64,000 nucleotides of DNA. Source: an uncultured Desulfobulbaceae bacterium (GTDB taxonomy: Bacteria; Desulfobacterota; Desulfobulbia; Desulfobulbales; Desulfocapsaceae). Below, in pieces: positions 20,501 through 29,838 of the stretch. The notes below the pieces were generated by a model. That model was not told where the DNA came from. It saw only the letters and a program-made list of their open reading frames with translations, and did not search any database. Both the position numbers and the translations under genes were made by a program. The DNA lies in contig CAISPV010000043.1 in assembly GCA_903887485.1 (NCBI GenBank), forward strand, positions 33,628 to 97,627, in the 5' to 3' direction. Numbering within the stretch: the first letter of the stretch is position 1; the number at the start of each line of letters is the position of its first letter.

Positions 20501-20672
20501 CCTGCGCCAGAACATCAGTGTGGACTGGTCGGTACGCGACAGCGTGCGGGCCAAGCTGCGGCTGATGGTGAAGCGGATTTTGCGCAAGTACAAATACCCG
20601 CCAGATCGGCAGGAAGAGGCCATCAAGTTGGTGCTGGAACAGGCGGAAACATTGAGTGCGGAGTGGGAGTAA
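17502..20672 (+). CDS. hsdR: Type I restriction enzyme, endonuclease/helicase subunit
   Basis: 1,056 aa. N-terminal nuclease region, helicase motifs 'HTQGSGKS' (I), 'VIADEAHRTQ' (II) and 'FTGTP' (III), and 'QAIARVNR' (VI). Confidence 0.93.
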   Translation: MTEDQLEQEALGWLHDVGYLHCYGLDIAPDGPVPERSNYSQVLLVGRLREAITRLNPLVPLVAREDALQQVLNLDTPVLLAANRAFHQLLVNGVPVEYQKDGETRGDFVRLIDFAEVGANEWLAVNQFSIKGAKHTRRPDIILFINGLPLVLLELKNPADEKADIWKAYDQIQTYKEQIPDVFQYNEVLVISDGTEARMGSLSADVERFMAWRTIDGETLDPLGHFNELETLVRGVLAPAFLLDFLRFFVLFEDDGTLIKKIAGYHQFHAVRSAIGHVITASRPGGNQKGGVVWHTQGSGKSITMTCFAARVMREAAMENPTIVVITDRNDLDGQLFGVFSLSQDLLREQPVQGETRQDLRAKLANRPSGGIIFATIQKFMPGEDEDSFPVLSDRHNIVVIADEAHRTQYGFEAKLKTIRRSRSPIQAFGDKLYQNDEMLMAAEDPARYVTRYQVGYAQHLRDALPNATFVAFTGTPVSSEDRDTRAVFGDYISIYDMQQSRDDGATVAIYFESRLAKLGLKADMLADIDAEVDELAEDEEDDQQARLKSKWAALEKVVGAEPRIKQVAVDLVAHFEERNQAQTGKAMVVAMSRDICAHLYNAIIALRPEWHDEDPEKGVIKVVMTGSASDKPLLRPHIYSKQVKKRLEKRFKDPNDPMRMVIVRDMWLTGFDAPCVHTMYVDKPMKGHNLMQAIARVNRVFRDKQGGLVVDYIGIANDLKEALKEYTASKGRGRPTVDAHEVFAVLEEKLDVLRAMLHDFDYSGFLTGGHGLLAKTANHVLGLKDGKKRFGDTALAMARAFTLCCTLDEARAVREEVAFFQAVKVLLTKRESSKIKLKDEEREMAIRQIIGSALVSDEVVDIFQAVGLEKPNIGILDEAFLNEVCNLPERNLAVELLERLLEGEIKTRFATNVVQQNKFSELLAGVILRYQNRAIETAQVMEELIAMAKKFKEAIGRGEELGLNADELAFYDALANNEEAVREMGDEILKKIAHELAQNLRQNISVDWSVRDSVRAKLRLMVKRILRKYKYPPDRQEEAIKLVLEQAETLSAEWE

Positions 20673-20679
20673 CCCTAAA

Positions 20680-22065
20680 ATGGAACTTTTTATCCCAACA
20701 TCTTCAGCGCCGGCGATACTGACCGTATCGCAGATCAGTCGGTCGATCAGGAATCTGCTGGAAGGGGAGTTCCGCTTTGTTCGGGTCAGCGGCGAGATCT
20801 CCAACCTCTCCCGCCCCTACTCGGGCCACAGCTATTTCACCCTCAAGGATGAAGGCGCCCAGTTGCGCGCCGTTCTTTTCAAGGGACAGCAACGCTTCCT
20901 GACCGAAGAGGTCCGTGACGGCAGGCAGGTGGTCTGTCATGGCCGGATCTCGGTCTACGAACAGCGCGGCGACTACCAGCTCATCGTTGACACCATTGAT
21001 TTTCACGGGGCCGGCCTGCTGCAGCTGCAATTTGAGGAGCTGAAAAGACGGCTGGCGGCAGAAGGTCTTTTTGACGAGGAACGGAAAAAGTTGATTCCGG
21101 CTTTTCCCAAAAATATCACCCTGATCACCTCACCCACGGGTGCGGCAGTCCATGATTTCTTGAAGATATGGCGAAACCGCGGTTGGGGGGCGAACATCCA
21201 GATCTTTCCGGTACGGGTGCAGGGGGCGGGCGCGGCGGAAGAGATTGCCAAGGCCATCGCCCGGATCAACAGAATCAAGACGACCGATACCGGGCTGCGC
21301 CCAGACATCATCGTCCTCTGCCGGGGCGGCGGCTCGCTCGAAGATCTGTGGGCCTTCAATGAAGAGTGTGTGGCCCGCGCCATTGCCGGCTCAACCCTGC
21401 CCATTGTCTCGGCCATCGGCCATGAAGTCGATTTCACCATTGCCGATTTCTGCGCTGACCTGCGGGCCCCGACCCCGACCAGCGCGGCCGAACAGATCCT
21501 CCCCGATCATGCAAGGGTGCAAAGCCAAATTCTTCTCTGCAAAAGGCAGCTCGCCACCCTGCTGCTGCAGAAGATCAACGATTACAGCAGGCAAGTCTCC
21601 CAGAACAAACGCCTGCTCGGGGATCTGGGGATGACCCTGTCCCACCTCACCTTGCAGATAGACCATCACACCTCCCGGCTGACGCACTCCCTGGAAAAGC
21701 TGTTGCAGGAACAAACCCTCCGTTTGGAAAGGACTCTGTCCAGATTGCAGCGCCAGTCACCAGCCGCCAGAGTGGCCATCCAGACGGAACGGCTACGCCA
21801 TGCCAGCGAAAAACTGTGCCAGCAGATACAGGTTCTCCTGCAACAAAAAAGCGCGGCCTTTTCCGCACAGGCCGCGCTTTTAGATACCGTCAGTCCCCTG
21901 GCCACCCTGGCCCGGGGCTATGCCATCGTCAGAAGAAAAAAATCAGAGAAAAAACAAGAGGAAATCATCAGCAGAAGCGGGCAGGTTCACCCAGGTGATG
22001 AGATAGAAATCGTTCTCCATGACGGCAGACTGGAATGCGAGGTAAACAGGGTTGTTGCTCTTTGA
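20680..22065 (+). CDS. xseA: Exodeoxyribonuclease VII large subunit
   Basis: OB-fold N-terminus 'LTVSQISRSIRNLLEGEFRFVRVSGEISNLSRPYSGHSYFTLKD' and 'RGGGSLEDLWAFNEE'. The ATG at 20680 lies 7 nt after the hsdR stop. Confidence 0.9.
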   Translation: MELFIPTSSAPAILTVSQISRSIRNLLEGEFRFVRVSGEISNLSRPYSGHSYFTLKDEGAQLRAVLFKGQQRFLTEEVRDGRQVVCHGRISVYEQRGDYQLIVDTIDFHGAGLLQLQFEELKRRLAAEGLFDEERKKLIPAFPKNITLITSPTGAAVHDFLKIWRNRGWGANIQIFPVRVQGAGAAEEIAKAIARINRIKTTDTGLRPDIIVLCRGGGSLEDLWAFNEECVARAIAGSTLPIVSAIGHEVDFTIADFCADLRAPTPTSAAEQILPDHARVQSQILLCKRQLATLLLQKINDYSRQVSQNKRLLGDLGMTLSHLTLQIDHHTSRLTHSLEKLLQEQTLRLERTLSRLQRQSPAARVAIQTERLRHASEKLCQQIQVLLQQKSAAFSAQAALLDTVSPLATLARGYAIVRRKKSEKKQEEIISRSGQVHPGDEIEIVLHDGRLECEVNRVVAL

Positions 22066-22124
22066 TTTATCGGGAAGGCAAAAACAGCAGAAAGATGAGC
22101 CGGCAAAGATAAGACAGCCGTTCC

Positions 22125-22619
22125 TCAACGTAACAGGGTATCTACCTCACTATCGATTTTATACAAGGCTTGGGCCAGTTGTATATGATTTTCAGCCCCG
22201 GCCTTCCGCAACTCTCTACCCCAGGCCCTCAACATATCGGTGTTGACCTTGCGCACCCGATTATCCCGGCTCCACTCGTGACCGATCTTCAAGCCAAGCG
22301 TCTGCATGGTTGCCATTCTCGTTTCCCGCTCAGGCTCGGGAAATTTTTCAACAACCGCTTGGGTTATCTTTTTCCAACCATCAAAACAAGGAATCCCTTC
22401 CTGAAATCGATAGTACCACTTGCGTTCCCCTGGGGTAAGAGTGGCCAGTACCTCCTCTGCAGGTTGACCAACACCAGCAGGACTCAGCAAGGCCTTATTA
22501 TTAGGCAATGTTATTCCCTGTGTCCGCTGATCACCTTGGAACTGATCCGCCATCCCATGCTTACAAGGCAAGCATAAGAAAATCATCATCAAGAAACATA
22601 TTTTCTTTAAAAATTTCAT
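22125..22619 (-). CDS. Hypothetical secreted protein
   Basis: Sec-type signal peptide 'MKFLKKICFLMMIFLCLPC'. I recognised no family. Confidence 0.45.
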   Translation of the reverse strand: MKFLKKICFLMMIFLCLPCKHGMADQFQGDQRTQGITLPNNKALLSPAGVGQPAEEVLATLTPGERKWYYRFQEGIPCFDGWKKITQAVVEKFPEPERETRMATMQTLGLKIGHEWSRDNRVRKVNTDMLRAWGRELRKAGAENHIQLAQALYKIDSEVDTLLR

Positions 22620-22803
22620 ATGTCTTCCCGTGAAAAAGGTTCAAAAAGATAAAGTATCAAGATCTGCGCCCTTGCAAGGAGTTAACTGATCCGAATACAC
22701 CTGAACACAATTAAAAAATACATATCATCCGGCAATAAGTCAAGTTATTGTGTGCGAATCAGGTCGCCTGCAGCAGCTTATGATAAAGGAGCCGGGCCCA
22801 CTC

Positions 22804-23331
22804 TCAAATCTTTGCACAAAAAAAATCCAGCAGCAACTGCTCCATGTCAGCCTGCTTCCTGAGCAGAGAACCTGTCCGCTGTTCAAGAAGAAGCAGAGTT
22901 GCCGGATTCCCATCTCCCTTGATATGGCTACAGATATAGTTGAGGCAGAACATGGGCTTAAAGCTCAAGACACATCCCGCTCCCCCCAGAAAACAGCACT
23001 CGATCCCGTCATCCTGCTGAAAACCAACCTGAACTCCCGCCAGCATATTCATCAGCAGTTGCAGCACATCGTTTTCCGCCGCCATATACCCGCTGCAACA
23101 GCCACCGCCCTGACGGCTCGCGCATTGCGTGCAGGTAGCGCCCATTGCCATGGCGCCCATCTGGACTTGCAGGGCACGCTCCGCGGCCTCCACCACCGCC
23201 AGTTGTGCCATGATATACGGCCGCAGGGCAAGGGCCTGGCCATAGCGGGCATACAGATCCTGCGCTACCGCCAGTTTCACCGCCACATCACCGCTATAAA
23301 AAAGCGTGTAGATTTCAGAACGTGTTCCCAT
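22804..23331 (-). CDS. Cysteine-cluster protein, YkgJ/UPF0153-like
   Basis: 'CTQCASRQGGGCC' and 'CCFLGGAGCVLSFKPMFCLNYIC' resemble the CxxC..CC / C-FL..C..Y..RP..C pattern of YkgJ-family proteins. The start is set at the ATG giving 'MGTRSEIY' to avoid overlap with PBP1A. Confidence 0.45.
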   Translation of the reverse strand: MGTRSEIYTLFYSGDVAVKLAVAQDLYARYGQALALRPYIMAQLAVVEAAERALQVQMGAMAMGATCTQCASRQGGGCCSGYMAAENDVLQLLMNMLAGVQVGFQQDDGIECCFLGGAGCVLSFKPMFCLNYICSHIKGDGNPATLLLLEQRTGSLLRKQADMEQLLLDFFCAKI

Positions 23332-23356
23332 CTCTCCCTTGTTCACTGTAGCCCCA

Positions 23357-25279
23357 TCATTTTGCCTGCCGCATGAAATCCAGCCAGATCGGTGCGGTGG
23401 CCCGCCCCCCGCTCTCCTCCTTGCCAAGGCTGGTGTTTTGATCATACCCCATCCAGACGCCGGTGATCAGCTCCCTGGTAAATCCCACAAACCAGGCATC
23501 GTGATTATCATCAGTGGTCCCGGTCTTGCCGCCGGACAAACCAGGCAGCCCGCCCGCCCGTTTCCCCGTCCCTTCGCTGATCACCGCCGCCAGCATCCTC
23601 TGCATATCTTCGGCCACCTTTGGTTCCAGCACCTGATGGGATTCAGCCTTATTTTTCATCATGATTGTGCCTTCCCCATCTTCAATTCTGGTAATCAGTA
23701 CCGGCGGCACAAAGCGGCCGTCACAGACAAAGGGGGTATAGGCCCCGGTGATCTCCATAAGCGAGACCCCGGTGGCCCCAAGAGCCAGGGACAGATCAGC
23801 GGTGATCGGTTCGGCAATGCCGCAGGACTTGGCCAGGGCCCGCACCTTGTCAACCCCCACCTTCTGCAGGAGCTTAACCGTCACCACATTCAGGGAATGG
23901 GCCAGGGCCTCGGCCAAAGAGGTCGCCCCATGAAATTCACCCGAATAATTTTTCGGCTGCCACTGCTTGCCGCCATGGCCCCGGATGGATAGCGGCGCAT
24001 CGAGAATCATCGAATCCGGCCGCCAGCCGTTTTCCAGGGCCGCGGCATAGATCAAGGGCTTGAACGCCGAACCGGCAGATCTTCGTCCCTGGGTGGCCCG
24101 ATCAAAAGGAGACGCTGCAAAATCAAGCCCGCCGACCAGGGCCCTGACCTGACCGGTGCAGGCCTCAAAACTGACCAGCGCCCCCTGCGGCACCTCTTTT
24201 TTGCCCTCATTTTCGGCCTTCAATACCTGCCCGGAAGAGCGCACCAGGGAGGCCATCACCCCCCGCCGCACTGCGCTGGTGGCCGCAAGCTGCATGGCGG
24301 GATCAAAGGTCGTGAAAATTCTGGCCCCTGCATAATTCAAGGAGACACCAAGATCGGCCTCCGCCTGTTTGCGGACCAGTTGCACAAAATAGCCGTTGTT
24401 GACGCGCGCCCCATTCTCCCGCTGTTTAAACTGGATCGGGAACACAAAGGCCAGACGCGCCTCATCGGCCGTAATATACCCGTCCTCGGCCATCCGGTTC
24501 AAGACATAGCGCTGTCGCTGCTGCGCCGATTCCAGATGGTCAAGGGGTGAATACCGGCTTGGCGCCTGCGGCAGACCGGCCAGGATAGCCATCTCGCCTA
24601 AGGTAAGCTCGGAGACGTGTTTGTCAAAATAGACGTGAGAAGCCGCCTCCACCCCGTAAGCGCCATCGCCCAGATAGATCTGATTGAGATAGACATAGAG
24701 GATCTCGTCCTTGGTCAGCAGTTTGTCTATCCGCCAGGCGATAATGGCCTCTTTCACCTTGCGAAGATAGGTCTTTTCCGGAGAAAGCAGCAGGGAGCGG
24801 GCAACCTGCTGGGTAATCGTTGACCCGCCCTGACTGCGCCGCCCCTCTTTCACATTATTGATAAGGGCCCTGAACACCGACCAGAAATCCAGACCGGGAT
24901 GGTCATAAAAACGGCCATCTTCCGCGGCCACAAAGGCCTTAGCCAGCAGGGGCGGCATCTGGGCCAAGGGCAGCACGGTCCGATTTTCAATAAAAATCCG
25001 CTCCATCACCTTGCCGTTCCGGTCGAGGATCTCGGTGGCCTGCAAGGGACGATAGTGGGAGACAGCGTTGATATCCGGGAGATCAAGGGATTTAAAGGCA
25101 ACAAAGAGCAACCCGAGAAAAAGGGTAATCATCAGACAGATCGTAAAGAGAAAGGCAATGATATGCCGTTCATTCAGCGGCTTACGACGTGGAACCTGCC
25201 GGGAAGCCGGTGCTTCAGGTATTGATATCTGGTCCACTGAAGGCGATTGAGACGCTGTTTTTTGTTTTGACGAGGCCAC
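23357..25279 (-). CDS. Bifunctional class A penicillin-binding protein (glycosyltransferase/transpeptidase), PBP1A-like
   Basis: GT51 motifs 'AAEDGRFYDHPG' and 'GGSTITQQVAR'. Transpeptidase motifs 'SAFKP' (SxxK) and 'KTGTT'. There is an N-terminal TM anchor and a GTG start. Confidence 0.9.
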   Translation of the reverse strand: MASSKQKTASQSPSVDQISIPEAPASRQVPRRKPLNERHIIAFLFTICLMITLFLGLLFVAFKSLDLPDINAVSHYRPLQATEILDRNGKVMERIFIENRTVLPLAQMPPLLAKAFVAAEDGRFYDHPGLDFWSVFRALINNVKEGRRSQGGSTITQQVARSLLLSPEKTYLRKVKEAIIAWRIDKLLTKDEILYVYLNQIYLGDGAYGVEAASHVYFDKHVSELTLGEMAILAGLPQAPSRYSPLDHLESAQQRQRYVLNRMAEDGYITADEARLAFVFPIQFKQRENGARVNNGYFVQLVRKQAEADLGVSLNYAGARIFTTFDPAMQLAATSAVRRGVMASLVRSSGQVLKAENEGKKEVPQGALVSFEACTGQVRALVGGLDFAASPFDRATQGRRSAGSAFKPLIYAAALENGWRPDSMILDAPLSIRGHGGKQWQPKNYSGEFHGATSLAEALAHSLNVVTVKLLQKVGVDKVRALAKSCGIAEPITADLSLALGATGVSLMEITGAYTPFVCDGRFVPPVLITRIEDGEGTIMMKNKAESHQVLEPKVAEDMQRMLAAVISEGTGKRAGGLPGLSGGKTGTTDDNHDAWFVGFTRELITGVWMGYDQNTSLGKEESGGRATAPIWLDFMRQAK

Positions 25280-25329
25280 GGAAAATTGTTTACATCAAAG
25301 AAGAGGGTATTGGATTGTGAGAAACATAA

Positions 25330-25402
25330 CTCGGTAAACGGGATAAGTGCCTTTCGCAGATTATTTTCTTGCAAAAAAACAAAAAAACAATCTGTAAGGC
25401 AC
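25330..25402 (-). repeat. Conserved roughly 72-nt hairpin element, copy B (upstream of PBP1A); possible 5'-leader or regulatory element
   Basis: The reverse complement aligns by eye with 50963-51033, with identical blocks GTGCCTTA, GCAAGAAAATAATCT and TATCCCGTTTA. It folds as a long A/U-rich stem (GTGCCTT..CAGATT..AATCTG..AAGGCAC). Confidence 0.65.
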
Positions 25403-25555
25403 TAAACAGATCATTACCACAGACGGCGCCGAGTTCACAGGGGAGAAGTTGTTTTTCTTCACAAGAATCAGGGCAAAGCCCCTTTCTTATGGTATAAGCT
25501 GCTTGTATCCATAATCGCAACTGTAACTGTTCTCCTTTTTTCTGGAAATATAGCT

Positions 25556-27895
25556 ATGAAACGACCGCCTCTGCTCACTGAAGATGGGTATCTCCTGCTT
25601 GACCCGCAGACGGAACCGACCATTGACACCAAACTGGGTGTCCCCAAGCTGGCAGGCATCCTGCGCTTTGAAGAGACAAGCGACACCATCCGCGGCGTTG
25701 TCAGTGACATCGTGGCCGCAGGTCTCATGCGCCAGCGCTGCTCCCTGATCGGCAGGAGCGGCCATTCCCAGATTGGCCTCGACCTGGATTTCGGGAACGG
25801 TCTGCCGGTGATTGACTCCCGTCGCAAACGCATCGATATCCCAATCCACCTCTTTTCACTGAACCCCAACATCCCCGATTTCCTCTTTGCCGAAATCAAA
25901 TCCATGGCCGACCGCAACCGGCGCCTGACCGTGGGCAGGCTTTTCATCCCCATGGCCGACCCCCTTGGCCGCGCCGAGATCGAAGAGGCGGCGGCCGGCA
26001 ATTATCTGCTGCTGCCTGCCAATGCCGCTATTGACGATGAAGGCGTCATCACCCTCCCCCTGGAAAACAGCCGCTACCTTCTTTCCAACACGCTGCTGAC
26101 CGCCGGCCAGAATACCCAGATCGTGCTCAGCGAGAGCAAGGAGGGTCTGGGTCTGATTCAATACCCTTCCCGCTGCGGGCTCCCCAGTACTCTATCGCCA
26201 GGCGACTTTCTGTGCGGTGCCATCCGCATCTCCCTTGGGCCTTACAGCGCCTTGATCGACAGGACACTCAATGAACCGGGTGTTTTTCATCTGGCCGCCA
26301 GGTTGCTTGATGCGGTGCGGACCAGCGGCATCAGGGTCCCACGACAGGTTGAGATCTACAATGGCAGCGACCAGCCGGTTACCCCCGGAAACTTGCAGGT
26401 ACGGCTCCGTCTCTTCCCCACCGACCTGAACACCACCCGGATAACCAAACAACTGCTGACCGGCAATCAGGGCCGGAGAATCATGCAACATGGCGTGGAT
26501 TTCGCCGATGCCACCCATATCTTTGACCTGAATGTCAGTGACGCCCTGTTCGACAATATCAGTCACATAGCATCTATCCGCGGCAATTACGGCCGCATCC
26601 TGACCCGCAGCAAGTGCATAGAGATCCAGTGGGAACTTCTGGAAAACGAGTGGCACGAAGCCGCCCAGAACCGGATTATTTACGAGGCAGTCCGGGGCAC
26701 CATCACCTCCGGCGTCCATCAGGGAGAGCAGATCGACCCTGACCTGCGGCGCTTTACCGAAACCCTGGATCTGGTCGGCGGGGCCCAGAACCTGCGCAAG
26801 GTCTTCATTACCCATGCCTTCCCGGCCACCGACACCCTCCGTGTGCTCAAACGCAATAACGTCGGGGTCTTTATCGGCCGCAGCATCCGCCAGAGCGAGG
26901 CCCAGGAAAATCGCACCCATTGCCATCCCCTACCTCCGCCTCCGGACAATATTTACTTCGGCGGCGCCACCTATGAGACCTTCTGCGAGATGTCCTGCCA
27001 CGAAGACGTCCGTTTCTACATGATTTTCGGGCAAGACAAAGAGCGGCACCTGCGCGAGTTCCACCGTGGATTCTGGATGACCAGAGAAGGCAAAGAGAGG
27101 ATCGCCGACACCCACACCATGATCGCCATGTTCGGCTCCCATATTGACGGGACGGAAGGGGTGCTCACGGAGCAGATTCACGATTTTTTCAAGCAGCTCC
27201 GCTCTGTCCCTGAGATCGGCGACCATTTCGCGGTCTGCCATGGCAGCGGCCCAGGGGTCATGAAGATCGCCGATGACACGGCCGCAAGCCTTGGCATCCT
27301 CCGCATCGGCGTTGGCATCGACAGCGAGAAGATAGGTCAGCGCGCCAATCTCGACCCGCCGATCCTGCTCAACTTCAACAACTCCGCCCGCCACATGCGC
27401 CAGAACATCCTCGACCGCACCTCCCTGTTCAAGATCTACAACATCGGCGGTATGGGCACCTTTGAAGAGATGCTGATCGCCGTCACCAACCTCAAACTCT
27501 TTGAGAGCCTGCCCGCCCCGCACATCTTTGTCGATCCCTTCGGTCTTGGCGAGAACGGGGCCCATCTATGGCAATCAACCCTGGAACAGTTGCAGACCGC
27601 CTCAAGCATGAAGACCATCGGCACCCACAACGTCCGCCTGGCCCCGGCTTGGGTACCCAACTTCTGTCACGTGGCCAACGACTACAAAGAGGTGTTCGAG
27701 ATCATCGCCGGATTTGCCCATGACCCGGTGGCCTACTGGCAGAAGGCAGGGATCCCGGAGCAGGATCTTCTCCAGGCCTGGGACAATGCTATCCGCAGCA
27801 AGGTCATCATTCCGCCCTACCTGCAACAGGCAATCCTGACCGTACGCGGTCGTGGAGAGCAATCGCGGGAACCATCTAAAAACCAGGGGACATGA
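25556..27895 (+). CDS. LOG-family (TIGR00730/PpnN-like nucleotide nucleosidase) domain protein with a roughly 450-aa uncharacterised N-terminal region
   Basis: The C-terminal half has 'VCHGSGPGVMKIA' and 'GGMGTFEEMLIAV' (the PGGxGTxxE LOG motif). I could not assign the N-terminal half. Confidence 0.6.
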   Translation: MKRPPLLTEDGYLLLDPQTEPTIDTKLGVPKLAGILRFEETSDTIRGVVSDIVAAGLMRQRCSLIGRSGHSQIGLDLDFGNGLPVIDSRRKRIDIPIHLFSLNPNIPDFLFAEIKSMADRNRRLTVGRLFIPMADPLGRAEIEEAAAGNYLLLPANAAIDDEGVITLPLENSRYLLSNTLLTAGQNTQIVLSESKEGLGLIQYPSRCGLPSTLSPGDFLCGAIRISLGPYSALIDRTLNEPGVFHLAARLLDAVRTSGIRVPRQVEIYNGSDQPVTPGNLQVRLRLFPTDLNTTRITKQLLTGNQGRRIMQHGVDFADATHIFDLNVSDALFDNISHIASIRGNYGRILTRSKCIEIQWELLENEWHEAAQNRIIYEAVRGTITSGVHQGEQIDPDLRRFTETLDLVGGAQNLRKVFITHAFPATDTLRVLKRNNVGVFIGRSIRQSEAQENRTHCHPLPPPPDNIYFGGATYETFCEMSCHEDVRFYMIFGQDKERHLREFHRGFWMTREGKERIADTHTMIAMFGSHIDGTEGVLTEQIHDFFKQLRSVPEIGDHFAVCHGSGPGVMKIADDTAASLGILRIGVGIDSEKIGQRANLDPPILLNFNNSARHMRQNILDRTSLFKIYNIGGMGTFEEMLIAVTNLKLFESLPAPHIFVDPFGLGENGAHLWQSTLEQLQTASSMKTIGTHNVRLAPAWVPNFCHVANDYKEVFEIIAGFAHDPVAYWQKAGIPEQDLLQAWDNAIRSKVIIPPYLQQAILTVRGRGEQSREPSKNQGT

Positions 27896-27987
27896 AAAGG
27901 GAAAAGCTGTTATACTCTTCGATCTTTTTGCAGGGAAACAAACCTACGAGACTCTGCAATTCCTAAACCCTCTAACCACGGCTTATC

Positions 27988-29838
27988 ATGTCCAAGATCC
28001 GCATCCTTCCTGAACAACTGGCCAACCGTATCGCCGCAGGCGAGGTGGTCGAACGTCCGGCCTCGGTGGTCAAAGAACTGCTGGAAAACAGCCTGGATGC
28101 GGGTGCCAGCCGGATTGAAATCGAAATCGAGGGCAGCGGCACCCGGCTGATCCGGGTCATCGACAACGGCGAGGGCATGGATGAGGACGACATGCTCCTC
28201 TGCCTGGAACGGCACGGCACCTCGAAGATCGCCACTGACCAGGATCTGGCCGCCATCAGCTCGCTGGGTTTCCGGGGTGAGGCCATCCCCTCCATCGGTT
28301 CGGTGTCGCGGATGACCATCACCTCCCGCCTCCAGGATGCCCCTCTTGGCGCCAGGGTCGTGCTCGACTATGGAAAGGTGATCAAGGTGCACGAGATCGG
28401 TTGCAGCCGCGGCACCATCTTTGAGATCCGCAGCCTTTTCGGCAATACCCCGGCCCGCCGGAAATTCCTGCGCACCAGCAGGACCGAGCTGGCCCATATC
28501 GAGGAGGTGGTGAAAAGCTACGCCTTGGCCGCACCCACCACCGCCTTTATCCTGCGCGTCGATGAACGGGAAGTCCTTCATTTTGAAGACAGCCAGTCCC
28601 TGCCTGATCGACTGGCCGCCATCCTCCATTATCAAGGGCAATTCATGGAAGTGGGAAGGGCCGGAAATGAGGACAGTCGTGCCGCCACTGTTCACGGCTG
28701 GCTCCTGCCCCCGGATGCGATTGTGGCGGGCTCGGCCGGAATCCGGCTGCTGGTCAATGGCCGGGCCATCCGTGACCGGATGATCGTCCATGCTGTTGCC
28801 GAAGGGTTGCGCAATTTCCTGATGAAAGGGAGGAATCCGGCAGGCCTTATCCACCTGCGCCTGCCGCCGGAGGACGTGGATGTCAATGTCCATCCAACCA
28901 AGCAGGAGATCCGTCTCCGCGACAGCCAGGCCATCCACCAGATGATCAGTCAGGCCGTGGAGCAGACGATGCAGGGGCATCAAAAAAAGCTCCAGTCCAC
29001 CATTTTCCGGGCCGCACCCTCGCAGGACTACAGACCACAGCCGGAACCAGCGTCCCAGCCGGTATCCCGGCAAAGTAAGTCGCCAACAATACCCCTTCCT
29101 TTTCCGTCCGCCCCCAAACCGTTTTTAAGCAAACCGACCGCTCCCCCAGCCGCGGCCCCCTCGTTACAGACCGCGGAACCGGTTGCCGCTGTTTTTTCGT
29201 CCATCACCCATTCTGTCCCCCCGACGCAGCAAGCCCTGCCGGTGGCAAAGGCCCCCGGCCATGGCCTCAAGGTCATCGGCCAATACGCCGATCTCTACAT
29301 CTTCTGTCAATCCGACAACGGTGACCTTCTGGTGGTGGATCAACATGCAGCCCATGAACGTCTGCTCTTTGAGGAACTGAAAAGGCAGTTCCTGCAGGGA
29401 CACATCGCCAGCCAGACCCTGCTTTTTCCGGCAACCGTCGAGCTCTCCCTTGCCGAAACAGAATGCGTGGAACACCATGCTACCGAGATCAGACAGATGG
29501 GTTTTACGGTCCGGGAATTTGGCGGCAATTCCTTTATCATCTCCGCCGTTCCGGCCATGGCACGTCAGAGCAATCCCGGGGAGCTCTTTATCGATATTCT
29601 GGCAAGATTTGGCCATGGAGAAGAGAAAAAGGGAAAAGGCTCCCTCCTCGATGACATCCTGGCCTCCATGGCCTGCAAGGCGGCGGTGAAGGCCGGTAAC
29701 CGGCTGCACGCCCTCGAGATCGATGCCCTGCTCACCCGCATGGCCCGCGCCGATCTCTTTTCTCATTGCCCGCACGGTCGGCCGGTCCTGAAACATTTCA
29801 CGGCCACGGAGGTGAAAAAATGGTTTCACCGCACATGA
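27988..29838 (+). CDS. mutL: DNA mismatch repair protein MutL
   Basis: 'LANRIAAGEVVERPASVVKELLENSLDAG' GHKL ATPase N-terminus. The C-terminal dimerisation/endonuclease region contains 'DQHAAHERLLFE'. Confidence 0.93.
   Translation: MSKIRILPEQLANRIAAGEVVERPASVVKELLENSLDAGASRIEIEIEGSGTRLIRVIDNGEGMDEDDMLLCLERHGTSKIATDQDLAAISSLGFRGEAIPSIGSVSRMTITSRLQDAPLGARVVLDYGKVIKVHEIGCSRGTIFEIRSLFGNTPARRKFLRTSRTELAHIEEVVKSYALAAPTTAFILRVDEREVLHFEDSQSLPDRLAAILHYQGQFMEVGRAGNEDSRAATVHGWLLPPDAIVAGSAGIRLLVNGRAIRDRMIVHAVAEGLRNFLMKGRNPAGLIHLRLPPEDVDVNVHPTKQEIRLRDSQAIHQMISQAVEQTMQGHQKKLQSTIFRAAPSQDYRPQPEPASQPVSRQSKSPTIPLPFPSAPKPFLSKPTAPPAAAPSLQTAEPVAAVFSSITHSVPPTQQALPVAKAPGHGLKVIGQYADLYIFCQSDNGDLLVVDQHAAHERLLFEELKRQFLQGHIASQTLLFPATVELSLAETECVEHHATEIRQMGFTVREFGGNSFIISAVPAMARQSNPGELFIDILARFGHGEEKKGKGSLLDDILASMACKAAVKAGNRLHALEIDALLTRMARADLFSHCPHGRPVLKHFTATEVKKWFHRT

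Noticed and set aside
25330-25402. The shared hairpin element interpreted as a sigma70 or sigma54 promoter.
   Set aside because: A TTGCAA hexamer is present, but no acceptable -10 lies at 16-19 bp in either copy, and there is no GG-N10-GC (TGGCAC-N5-TTGC) arrangement. Function is left open.
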